Shown here in pieces: positions 1-7,775 of a DNA stretch of 35,239 bases. The translations under genes were made by a program, and so were the position numbers. The notes under the pieces are model-generated. The model saw nothing but the letters and a program-made list of their open reading frames with translations, made no database searches and was not told where the DNA came from. The DNA lies in contig JBKPGZ010000021.1 of assembly GCA_046729675.1 (NCBI GenBank), positions 1 through 35,239 of the forward strand, given 5' to 3'. Origin of the DNA: Gemmatimonadota bacterium. GTDB taxonomy: Bacteria; Gemmatimonadota; Gemmatimonadetes; Gemmatimonadales; GWC2-71-9. Numbering within the stretch: the stretch's first letter is position 1; each line of letters starts with the position of its first letter.

Positions 1-1
1 C

Positions 2-379
2 AACCTCAAGACCACGGTGCTGGTGTCCCAGGCCGCGGTGGAGCCCCTGAGCCGCACCCGAGGCTGCATCGTCAACTTCGCCAGCATTGCGTTCTTCGAG
101 CCGCAGAAGCCGATGGCGTTGTACAGCGCCGCCAAGTACGGTGTCGCGGGGTTCACCCGCAGTCTCGCGCTCGAGCTCGCCGACCGGCATATCCGGGTGA
201 ACGCGGTGGCGCCGGCGGCGGTCCGCACCACCGACAACGTCGCCGCGATGGGGGAGGGCGCCGCCTACGTCGAGCTGGACGACATCACGGGTGGCGTCCT
301 CCTGTTGGCCTCGCCGGAATCGGCCGCAGTGACAGGACACATCCTCCCGATCGCGCCGGCGGCCTCCGGCAAGGCCTGA
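2..379 (+). CDS. SDR family oxidoreductase, 5'-truncated by window edge
   Basis: Frame open from base 2 (NLKTTVLVSQ...); SDR motifs IVNFAS, YSAAK (YxxxK), IRVNAVAP, VTG near C-terminus; stop overlaps next ATG (TGATG). Confidence 0.85.
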   Translation, partial: NLKTTVLVSQAAVEPLSRTRGCIVNFASIAFFEPQKPMALYSAAKYGVAGFTRSLALELADRHIRVNAVAPAAVRTTDNVAAMGEGAAYVELDDITGGVLLLASPESAAVTGHILPIAPAASGKA

Positions 380-1110
380 TGGAGCTGCGCGCCCGGGTCG
401 CGCTCGTCACCGGCGGCGGCCGCCGGCTGGGGCGGGAGCTGGCCCGGGCGCTCGCCGGGCGGGGCATGACGCTGGCCATCCACCACCACGCGTCCTCCCG
501 GGGGGCTGAGTCACTCCGCGCGGAGATCGCCGCGGCGGGAGGCCGCGCCGAGTGCTTCGCCGCCGATCTCACCGACGCCCTCGCGGCGCGCGCCCTGCCC
601 CAACGGGTGGTGGAGACGTTCGGCGGGCTCGATGTGCTGGTGAACTCCGCCGCCGTGATGCATCGCCTCGACTTCGAGCGGACCACCCCCGAGCAGTACG
701 ACGCCACCCTCGATCTCAATCTCCGCTCGGTGTTCTTCTGTACCCAGGGCGCGGCGTCGGCGCTGCGAGCCGCGCGAGGGAAGGTGGTGAACCTCGCGGA
801 CCTCGCGGGACTGCAGCCATGGCCGGGCTTCGCGGCGCACTCGATCAGCAAGGCCGGCGTCGTCATGCTGACGAAGGTGCTGGCCCGCTCGCTCGCACCG
901 GAGGTCACGGTCAACGCGATCGCCCCCGGCGCGGTGCTGGTGCCCGAGGACTACGACGAGGAGGAGCGGCGGCGGCTCGCGCGCGCGACGCCGCTCGGCC
1001 GGCTTGGCAGTCCCCAGGACGTGGTGGGGGCGATGCTCTACCTGCTCGAGGCCGGCGACTTCGTCACCGGCGAGGTGCTGAGCGTGGATGGCGGACGACT
1101 CCTCCGCTAG
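379..1110 (+). CDS. SDR oxidoreductase, pteridine reductase (PTR1/FolM)-like
   Basis: TGGGRRLG (TGxxxRxG typical of pteridine reductases), LVNSA, NLAD, VNAIAPG, TPLGRLG, VTGEVLSVDGG. Confidence 0.8.
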   Translation: MELRARVALVTGGGRRLGRELARALAGRGMTLAIHHHASSRGAESLRAEIAAAGGRAECFAADLTDALAARALPQRVVETFGGLDVLVNSAAVMHRLDFERTTPEQYDATLDLNLRSVFFCTQGAASALRAARGKVVNLADLAGLQPWPGFAAHSISKAGVVMLTKVLARSLAPEVTVNAIAPGAVLVPEDYDEEERRRLARATPLGRLGSPQDVVGAMLYLLEAGDFVTGEVLSVDGGRLLR

Positions 1111-1858
1111 CGTCGAGCTGCGCGACGTCGCGATCGTCGGCGGAGGCTGCTACGGCACCTTCTACGCCGGCCAGCTGATCCGTGCCGCGGAGCGGGGCAA
1201 GGCACGCTATCGCCGCCTGCTGGTGGTGGACCAGAACGCGGGGTGCCGGTTCGCGACGGAGATAGGCCCCGGTTCGGATCGCGAGCTGGTGGTGGCGGAC
1301 TGGGGCGCGTTCTTCGACCGGTGGCTGGACCAGGGCGGCGCCGGGGGTGGCGACGCCATCGTGCCTTCGCCCCTGATGCCGCACCTCATGTACGAGTGGC
1401 TGGTCCGTCGCGCCCGCGGCCGCTGGCCCGGGCGACTGGTCGAGACGCGTCCGCTCACCGCCCCGGTCGGCACTCCCTACGATGCCGTCGCCCCGGATGG
1501 CACCCGGTACGTCTCCTTCGCCGACTGGCTCTGCCCCACCCATTGCATCGAGCCCGCCATCTGCCCGGTGATCCGAGCGCCGCGCACCTGGGAGATGGGC
1601 GACGCGATGTCGGCGCTGGTCGACCGGTTGCGGACCACCGCGCCGACGGCGGGTCCGGCACTCTTCGTCTGCCGTCACCGGGTGTTCGGGGTGGGAATGT
1701 TCGACGCGGCGGAGGTGCTGGCGGGCGATCGGTTGGTCGCGGAGGCGGGCTCGAGCTCGGGCGAAGTGAACGTCCTGGTCGGGACCGTGTCAGGGTGCCA
1801 CGGGGCCGCCAGCCTGCTCCACCTGGGCGCCCCGCCCACCCCGGTCCGACCCCGCTGA
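1088..1858 (+). CDS. Hypothetical protein with N-terminal Rossmann-like motif and Cys/His clusters
   Basis: VAIVGGGCYG, LLVVD, then IVPSPLMPHL, WLCPTHCIEPAICP, CRH, GCHG; overlaps upstream SDR by 23 nt; GC3-rich codons. Confidence 0.7.
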   Translation: MADDSSASVELRDVAIVGGGCYGTFYAGQLIRAAERGKARYRRLLVVDQNAGCRFATEIGPGSDRELVVADWGAFFDRWLDQGGAGGGDAIVPSPLMPHLMYEWLVRRARGRWPGRLVETRPLTAPVGTPYDAVAPDGTRYVSFADWLCPTHCIEPAICPVIRAPRTWEMGDAMSALVDRLRTTAPTAGPALFVCRHRVFGVGMFDAAEVLAGDRLVAEAGSSSGEVNVLVGTVSGCHGAASLLHLGAPPTPVRPR

Positions 1859-1913
1859 ACGGCCGGGAACCCCGGTGTGTTCTATATTTGGACGATTGAA
1901 CCGGGGACGACTG

Positions 1914-2996
1914 ATGTCCGAGACCAGACAGTACGATGTGGTGATCATCGGGGCCGGCCCGGCCGGACTCGCGGCCGCGCTGTATGCCGGCCGGTCCTTG
2001 CTGCGGACCGCCGTGCTGGAGCGTGGCGTCCCCGGCGGCGAACTGCTCAACACGGAGTACCTCGACGACGTCCCCGGCTTCCCCAAGGTCCTGGGCCGGG
2101 ACCTCGCGAAGAAGTACTACGATCACGCGCAGGAGTTCGGCGCCGAGTTCAAGCTCGGGACCGCGGTGCAGCACGTGAAGAAGCGGGCGAGCGACGGGAT
2201 GTTCGAGACCAGGACTTACGAGGACGAGGTCTACGAGTCCCCCGCCGTCATCGTCACCGCCGGCGGCACACCGCTGAAGCTGGGCATTCCGGGCGAGCTG
2301 GAGTACGCCGGCAGGGGCGTCTCCTACTGCGCCGTGTGTGACGGCGCGTTCTTCAAGGGCCAGCACGTCGTGGTGGTGGGCGGAGGCGACGCCGCGTGCG
2401 AGGAGGCCGAGTATCTCACCCGCCACGCCGCCAAGGTGACGCTGATCCACCGGCGCGACAAGTTCCGCGCGGCACCGGTCATCCAGAAGCGCGTGCTGGA
2501 GAATCCGAAGATCCAGGTGGTGCTGAACACGGTCGCGGAGGAGGTACACGGGAATCCGCTGCAGGGCATGACGGGGGTGCGCGTGCGCGACGTCGTGACC
2601 GGCGAGACGTACGTCATCGAGGCCCAGGGCCTGTTCGTCTTCATCGGGTTCAAGCCCAACACCGGCGTCATCGCCGATCACTACGAGCACGACGCGGCTG
2701 GCTATGTGATCACCGACCTGGCGATGCACTCGTCCATCCCCGGCCTCTTCGTCGCGGGCGACATGCGGGCGCAGCTCACCCGCCAGGTGACCACCGCCCA
2801 AGGCGACGCGACGACGGCCGCGATCGCGGTGTACCGGTACCTGGCGGCGCTCCGGAGCGGGCACCCTGATCCGGTCCGGGCGATCCTGGGCGACATCGGG
2901 ATACCGCGTCCTCGGGCGCCCGAGGGTGAGGCGGCTCGGGGAGGCGCCGAGCTGTACGGTCAGGCCACCGACGCGCCGGTTCTGGCCGACCGCTGA
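1914..2996 (+). CDS. trxB: Thioredoxin-disulfide reductase
   Basis: IIGAGPAG, GVSYCAVCDG redox CxxC, GGGDAACEEA, HRRDKFRA NADPH motif, FVAGD; ATG 1914 preceded by GGGGA; low-complexity C-terminal tail. Confidence 0.92.
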   Translation: MSETRQYDVVIIGAGPAGLAAALYAGRSLLRTAVLERGVPGGELLNTEYLDDVPGFPKVLGRDLAKKYYDHAQEFGAEFKLGTAVQHVKKRASDGMFETRTYEDEVYESPAVIVTAGGTPLKLGIPGELEYAGRGVSYCAVCDGAFFKGQHVVVVGGGDAACEEAEYLTRHAAKVTLIHRRDKFRAAPVIQKRVLENPKIQVVLNTVAEEVHGNPLQGMTGVRVRDVVTGETYVIEAQGLFVFIGFKPNTGVIADHYEHDAAGYVITDLAMHSSIPGLFVAGDMRAQLTRQVTTAQGDATTAAIAVYRYLAALRSGHPDPVRAILGDIGIPRPRAPEGEAARGGAELYGQATDAPVLADR

Positions 2997-3004
2997 GGGA
3001 GCGG

Positions 3005-3649
3005 ATGTCCGATCTCGAGGTGGTGTCGCTCCCCAACGGGCAGTTCTCCGAGAACTGCTATCTCGTCGCCGACCGCCGCACCCGTGAGGCGGTCATCATC
3101 GACCCGGGCGAAGAGCCCGCGATGTTCCTGGCCGAGCTCGATACTCGCGCCTGGACCCTGCGGGCCATCTGGCTGACCCACGCCCACGTGGACCACATCC
3201 TCGGCGTCGGCGCGGTGAAGGGCGCCACCGGGGTACCGATCCATCTCCATCCGCTGGACCGCACGATTTACGACGCGCTTCCCCAGTTCGCCACCTGGCT
3301 CGGCCGCGAGGTGGCGCCGGCGCCTCCGCCCGACGTGGAGCTCGCCGCCGGGGACCGGCTTCGCGTGGGTGAGCTGGAGTTCGAGGTCCGTTTCACGCCG
3401 GGCCATTCGCCGGGCAGCGTCAGCTTCGTGGGGCACGGGATGGTGTTCGGCGGCGACGTGCTGTTCAACGGGTCGGTCGGCCGCACCGACCTGCCGGGCG
3501 GCGACTTCGCCACGCTGATGTCGTCCATCCATTCCCAGTTCCTCTCGCTGCCCGATTCGACGGTCGTGCACAGCGGCCACGGTCCGGATACCACCATCGG
3601 CGTCGAGCGGCTGACGAATCCGTTCATCACCGGGAGCGTCCGGGCGTGA
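3005..3649 (+). CDS. MBL-fold metallo-hydrolase (glyoxalase II-like)
   Basis: ENCYLV, IIDPG, THAHVDH, TPGHSPG, GDVLF..SVGRTDLPGG, GHGPDTTIG.E...NPF; GAGGGAG RBS. Confidence 0.92.
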   Translation: MSDLEVVSLPNGQFSENCYLVADRRTREAVIIDPGEEPAMFLAELDTRAWTLRAIWLTHAHVDHILGVGAVKGATGVPIHLHPLDRTIYDALPQFATWLGREVAPAPPPDVELAAGDRLRVGELEFEVRFTPGHSPGSVSFVGHGMVFGGDVLFNGSVGRTDLPGGDFATLMSSIHSQFLSLPDSTVVHSGHGPDTTIGVERLTNPFITGSVRA

Positions 3650-3855
3650 GCGAGAACGTTCTGTCATCCCGAGCGAACGCGAGGGATCTTGCCCGCCCTG
3701 CAGGGAATCCACCGGCAAGATCCCTCGCGTTCGCTCGGGATGACAGGTCCACCTGCCAGCGCTGTGGCTTTGCCATCGCCTCCCGCCCGTCCGGCTGCAA
3801 GAACCCCTGTCCCAACTGTGGGACCGTCTATCCCCTGGGGGACTGCTCTGACTGA
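3646..3855 (+). CDS. Small Cys-rich (CPxCG-type zinc-finger-like) protein with in-frame palindromic repeat insertion
   Basis: GTG overlaps MBL stop (GTGA); C-terminal CQRCG...CKNPCPNCG..YPLGDCSD; codons 6-34 come from the 3661-3746 palindrome. Confidence 0.6.
   Translation: MSENVLSSRANARDLARPAGNPPARSLAFARDDRSTCQRCGFAIASRPSGCKNPCPNCGTVYPLGDCSD
3661..3746. repeat. REP-like palindromic element (inverted doublet), copy 1
   Basis: Perfect 33-bp inverted repeat CTGTCATCCCGAGCGAACGCGAGGGATCTTGCC (3661-3693) / 3714-3746 with 20-nt spacer; left arm identical over 32 nt to 35180-35211. Confidence 0.92.
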
Positions 3856-5137
3856 GCGAGCGGCGACCGCGATTCTCGATCTCGAGCCGGTCGCCGGCGT
3901 CACCCCGGTCGCGCTCGACATCTCCCGGATCGAGCTGCCGCCGCGCCTGAGGCCCACCGCGTCGGTCGGGGTGCTCGACATCACCGAGTTCTTCGGCGAC
4001 ACCACCGGCGGGGTGCGCACCTATCTCCTGGAGAAGGCCAAGTACGTCCAGCGCCGCCCCGGGCTGCGGCAGGTGCTGGTCGTTCCCGGGGCGGAGGACG
4101 AGATCCTGGAGGCGAGCGGGGTCCGCTGCTATCGGCTCCACGGCCCCCACATCCCGACCCAGAAGCCGTACCGGTTCATGCTGGCGACGCGCTCGACCAC
4201 CAGGATCGTGGCCCACGAGCGGCCGGACCTGATCGAGGTCGGCAGCGCCTGGTGCGCGCCGTGGCTGGTGCATCTCGCCACCCGAGGGCTGCGGGTGCCC
4301 GCCGTCTGGTTCTACCACAGCAATTTCCCTCGCATCATCGCGCCGCGGCCCCACGCCGCGGGCTGGCCACGCCTCACCGCCAGCGCGCTGGCATGGCGCT
4401 ACGTCCGCCGCCTGGGTGGGCTGGTGCAGGCGACGATCGCCCCCACGCAAGCCGTCGTGCGCGAGCTGGAGAGCGCCGGGGTGGCCAATGTGGTCCACGT
4501 CCCGCTTGGGGTAGACCTCGACCGGTTCACTCCCACCCGCCGAGCTCGGGCCGAGGAGACCCGGCGGCGGTTCGGACTCCCCGAGGGGCCGCTCGCGATC
4601 TATGTGGGGCGGATGGCGGCGGAGAAGGACATCGACGTTCTGCTCGAGGGCTGGCTCGAGGTCGAGCGCCGCACCGGTGCCCGCCTCGTGCTGGTGGGCG
4701 CGGGGCCGGCGCTCCGCTGGCTGCGGCGAACCAGGGGCGGGAGGCGCGCCACGTGGCTCCCGTACCAGCGCGACCGGGACCTGCTCGCCGATCTCTACGG
4801 CGCGGTGGACCTGTACGTCGCTCCCGGCTCGGCGGAGACTTTCGGCCTCTCCGCGATGGAGGGGATGGCCAGCGGGCTGCCGTTGCTCTCGGTGGATCGC
4901 GGAGGTGTGGCCGAGGCCGTCAACCTGTCGGGTGCCGGGAGCCTGTACACCTCGGGCGATCCATCACACCTCGCCTCGTGCGCCATCGATCTGTTCGATC
5001 GCGACCTCTCCGCGCTCGGCCGCCGGGGCCGGCGCTACGCGGAGGAACACCACGGGTGGGACGCGGTGCTCGAGCGGCTGTTCGACGTCTACCGGCGGGT
5101 GCTGGGTATCACCCTGAACGCAGTGAAGGGGGCATAG
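3818..5137 (+). CDS. Glycosyltransferase family 4 (GT-B); start uncertain
   Basis: DITEFF..TGGVRTY, PDLIEVGS, FYHS, PLGVDLDRF, YVGRMAAEK, ETFGLSAMEGMASGLP (ExFG..xxE); the last codons lie inside repeat 5107-5174. Confidence 0.85.
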   Translation: MGPSIPWGTALTERAATAILDLEPVAGVTPVALDISRIELPPRLRPTASVGVLDITEFFGDTTGGVRTYLLEKAKYVQRRPGLRQVLVVPGAEDEILEASGVRCYRLHGPHIPTQKPYRFMLATRSTTRIVAHERPDLIEVGSAWCAPWLVHLATRGLRVPAVWFYHSNFPRIIAPRPHAAGWPRLTASALAWRYVRRLGGLVQATIAPTQAVVRELESAGVANVVHVPLGVDLDRFTPTRRARAEETRRRFGLPEGPLAIYVGRMAAEKDIDVLLEGWLEVERRTGARLVLVGAGPALRWLRRTRGGRRATWLPYQRDRDLLADLYGAVDLYVAPGSAETFGLSAMEGMASGLPLLSVDRGGVAEAVNLSGAGSLYTSGDPSHLASCAIDLFDRDLSALGRRGRRYAEEHHGWDAVLERLFDVYRRVLGITLNAVKGA

Positions 5138-5174
5138 CCTCGGTCATGCCCCCTTCGCTTCGCTCAGGGTGACA
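5107..5174. repeat. REP-like palindromic element, copy 2 (GTCACCCTGAGCGAAGCGAAGGG subtype)
   Basis: Arms 5109-5135 and 5146-5172 pair at 24/27 positions; ends in GGGTGACA; closely similar to 20762-20824. Confidence 0.85.
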
Positions 5175-5176
5175 AG

Positions 5177-6043
5177 GTGTCCCTCCTCGACGCCACCCTC
5201 CTCTGCATCGCCCTCGTCCTCCTCGATCTCCTGGTCCGCGCATGGCGCATCCAGTGGATCGTACGGGGGCTCGGCCATCCGATCGGATTCCGCGATTCGT
5301 TGGTGCTGAACGCCTACGGCGACGCGGCCTGCGCCCTGACGCCGCTGCGGATCGGCGGTGAGCCTGCCCGGCTTGCGGGGATGCTCCAGAGCCGGGTGCC
5401 CGCCACCGCCGCGTTCGTCGCCATCAGTCTCGAGGTGCTGGCCGCCTGGCCGGTGATAATCGTGGCGTCGGGCTGGATGGCATGGCACTTCGCGCCGGCC
5501 TGGTGGGCCACGGCGGGCCGCCGCCTGACGGCGGCCGCCGCCGCGGCGTGGCCGTGGGTGCTGCTGGTGACCCTCGTGAGCGTGGCCGTCTGGTGGTACG
5601 CGCGTCGGGTCGTGTCGCCCGCGGTGCGCCACGTCCGGAGACCGATACGCCGGGCGCTGGTCTACTGGCGGCGCATGCCGATGTGGCCGCTGGTCGCGAG
5701 CCTGCCGCTCAGTTTTCTCAACCTTGCGACGCGGACGGCGATCCTTCCGGTGCTCGCACTGACGCTGCCCTCACCGCCCGAGATCGGGCCTATGCTGCTG
5801 GGATCCTTCGCCCTGCTCTACAGCCAGCTGATCCTGCCCACGCCATCCGGAGCGGGGGCGGTGGAGCTCGGATTCCTCGGCGGCGCCGCCGGTGACCTCG
5901 GCTCCCGGGCAGGCTGGCTCCTGCTGGCCTGGCGCTTCTACACCAACGGGGTCGGGGTGCTGCTTGGCGTCGGGCTCGCGGCGCACACCTACGGCTGGCC
6001 CGCTCTCCGTCGCCTAGCGCGGCGGTGGAGCGATCCCGACTAG
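5177..6043 (+). CDS. Lysylphosphatidylglycerol-synthase TM / flippase-like membrane protein
   Basis: Multiple hydrophobic segments; RAWR, LTPLRIGGEPAR, PTPSGAGAVELGF, WRFYT motifs typical of this family; follows GT4. Confidence 0.8.
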   Translation: MSLLDATLLCIALVLLDLLVRAWRIQWIVRGLGHPIGFRDSLVLNAYGDAACALTPLRIGGEPARLAGMLQSRVPATAAFVAISLEVLAAWPVIIVASGWMAWHFAPAWWATAGRRLTAAAAAAWPWVLLVTLVSVAVWWYARRVVSPAVRHVRRPIRRALVYWRRMPMWPLVASLPLSFLNLATRTAILPVLALTLPSPPEIGPMLLGSFALLYSQLILPTPSGAGAVELGFLGGAAGDLGSRAGWLLLAWRFYTNGVGVLLGVGLAAHTYGWPALRRLARRWSDPD

Positions 6044-6337
6044 CAGGATGGTTCGCTCCAGGGCCGTCTCCACACCGTGGGGCACGTCGGCGGGGGCCCA
6101 GACGATCTCGCCGGGCCCGACCTCCCGCGTCTCCTCCCCGACCGTCAGCCTGGCCCGCCCCGAGCAGACGTAGTAGAACTTGTCCGCGCCCGCGTGGGCG
6201 TGGACCCTCTGCGTCTGCCCCGGCTCGAAGCAGTTGAGTCCCACGAACAGCCGCTCGCCGGCCCAGAGGTCTGCCTTGGCGGCCTTCTCCGGGTTGAAGG
6301 TGGCGCTGCGCTCGACCTGCCTGAAGTAGTCGCTCAT
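6014..6337 (-). CDS. Cupin domain protein
   Basis: FEPGQTQRVHAHAGADKFYYVCSG and WAPADVPHGV cupin motifs; ATG at 6337. Confidence 0.85.
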   Translation of the reverse strand: MSDYFRQVERSATFNPEKAAKADLWAGERLFVGLNCFEPGQTQRVHAHAGADKFYYVCSGRARLTVGEETREVGPGEIVWAPADVPHGVETALERTILLVGIAPPPR

Positions 6338-6340
6338 CGG

Positions 6341-6350
6341 TGTTAGAATA
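6341..6350. promoter_or_regulatory. Overlapping divergent -10 elements (candidate bidirectional leaderless promoter)
   Basis: + strand TGT-TAGAAT (6341-6349) 7 nt before aspA ATG; - strand TATTCT (6350-6345) 7 nt before cupin ATG; 19-bp intergenic gap with no RBS. Confidence 0.65.
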
Positions 6351-6356
6351 AGCGCC

Positions 6357-7775
6357 ATGACCGACACCCGCATCGAGCGCGACCCTCTGGGCGAGAAGGC
6401 GGTCCCCGCCTCCGCCCTCTACGGCATTCAAACTCTCCGGGCGGCGGAGAACTTCCCGATCTCGGAGCTCCGGCCGCTTCCCGCCTTCGTGGACGCCGTG
6501 GTCTGGATCAAGCGCTCCGCCGCGCTGACCCATCGCGAGACCGGCCGGCTCGAGCCGCGCCTGGCCGATGCGATCGTCCGCGCCGCCGACGAGGTGTTGA
6601 CCGGCCAGCACCGCGACCAGTTCATCGTGGACGTGTATCAGGCCGGCGCTGGCACCAGCCACAACATGAACGTCAATGAGGTGCTCGCCAACCGGGCCAA
6701 CGAGATCCTGGGCTCGCCCCGTGGGTCGTACACGCCGGTGCATCCGAACGATCACGTCAACATGGCGCAGAGCACCAACGACGTGATCCCGACCGCGATG
6801 CGTCTCGCCACGCTGGCGACGCTGCCGGCCACGCTGCTCGCCCTGGAGCAGCTGGCCCACTCACTCATCGCCAAGGGCGTGGCGTTCGACGGCATCGTGA
6901 AGTCGGGTCGCACCCATCTCCAGGACGCCACCCCCATCCGGCTGGGGCAGGAGTTCACCGCCTACGGCCGCACGGTGCAGCGGCACCGGGACAAGCTGGT
7001 GCAGGCGGCGGACTGGCTCAGGGAGATGAACATCGGCGGAACGGCGGTGGGCACCGGCATCAACGCCGAGCCGGAGTATCCCACGCTGATGGTGAAGTAC
7101 CTCCAGCAGGTGAGCGCCCTCGAGCTCCGGGAGGGACAGGACCGGGTGCAGCTGATGCAGTCGATGGGCGACATCGCCTCCTTCAGCGGCGCGCTCCGGG
7201 CCTACGTGCTCGACCTCAACAAGATCGCGAACGACATCCGGCTTCTCGCCTCCGGTCCCCGCACCGGCCTGGCGGAGATCGTATTGCCCGCGGTCCAGCC
7301 CGGCTCCAGCATCATGCCCGGCAAGGTGAACCCATCCATCGCCGAGATGGTGAACCAGGTCTGCTTCCAGGCGCTCGGCCTCGACCAGACGGTGGCGATG
7401 GCGGCGGAGGCGGGACAGCTCGAGCTGAACGTCATGATGCCGGTCATCACCCACAACATCGTCTTCGCGCTGACCATCGTCGGGAACGCCAGCCGGGTGC
7501 TCGCCGAGCGCTGTGTGGACGGGATCGAGGCGGATGCGACGCAGTGCGCCTACTGGCTGGAGCGGAGTCCCGCGCTGGTGACGGCACTGGCGCCGAGGAT
7601 CGGCTATGCGGAGGCGGCGAAGCTGGCCAAGGAGGCGGTGGCGAGCGGACTCACCGTGAAGCAGTTGCTGGAGAAGAAGAAGCTGTTGCCGCCGGAGGAG
7701 CTGGAAGAGGTGCTCGATCTCCGGGCGATGACGGAGATCGGGGTGCCGGGAGGGAAGGGGATTCCGGCGGGATGA
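6357..7775 (+). CDS. aspA: Aspartate ammonia-lyase (fumarase/aspartase superfamily)
   Basis: YGIQTLRA, QAGAGTSHNMN.NEV, HPNDHVNMAQSTND, GRTHLQDATPIRLGQEF, GSSIMPGKVNP; FumC not fully excluded. Confidence 0.8.
   Translation: MTDTRIERDPLGEKAVPASALYGIQTLRAAENFPISELRPLPAFVDAVVWIKRSAALTHRETGRLEPRLADAIVRAADEVLTGQHRDQFIVDVYQAGAGTSHNMNVNEVLANRANEILGSPRGSYTPVHPNDHVNMAQSTNDVIPTAMRLATLATLPATLLALEQLAHSLIAKGVAFDGIVKSGRTHLQDATPIRLGQEFTAYGRTVQRHRDKLVQAADWLREMNIGGTAVGTGINAEPEYPTLMVKYLQQVSALELREGQDRVQLMQSMGDIASFSGALRAYVLDLNKIANDIRLLASGPRTGLAEIVLPAVQPGSSIMPGKVNPSIAEMVNQVCFQALGLDQTVAMAAEAGQLELNVMMPVITHNIVFALTIVGNASRVLAERCVDGIEADATQCAYWLERSPALVTALAPRIGYAEAAKLAKEAVASGLTVKQLLEKKKLLPPEELEEVLDLRAMTEIGVPGGKGIPAG

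Noticed and set aside
1875-1913. Longer trxB start and TATATT (1883-1888) as a promoter
   Set aside because: The extension is non-homologous; the -10-like hexamer lacks a supporting -35 or TGn, so it was not called
3661-5174. Repeats as a CRISPR array
   Set aside because: Dispersed inverted doublets rather than direct repeats with regular spacers; no cas genes
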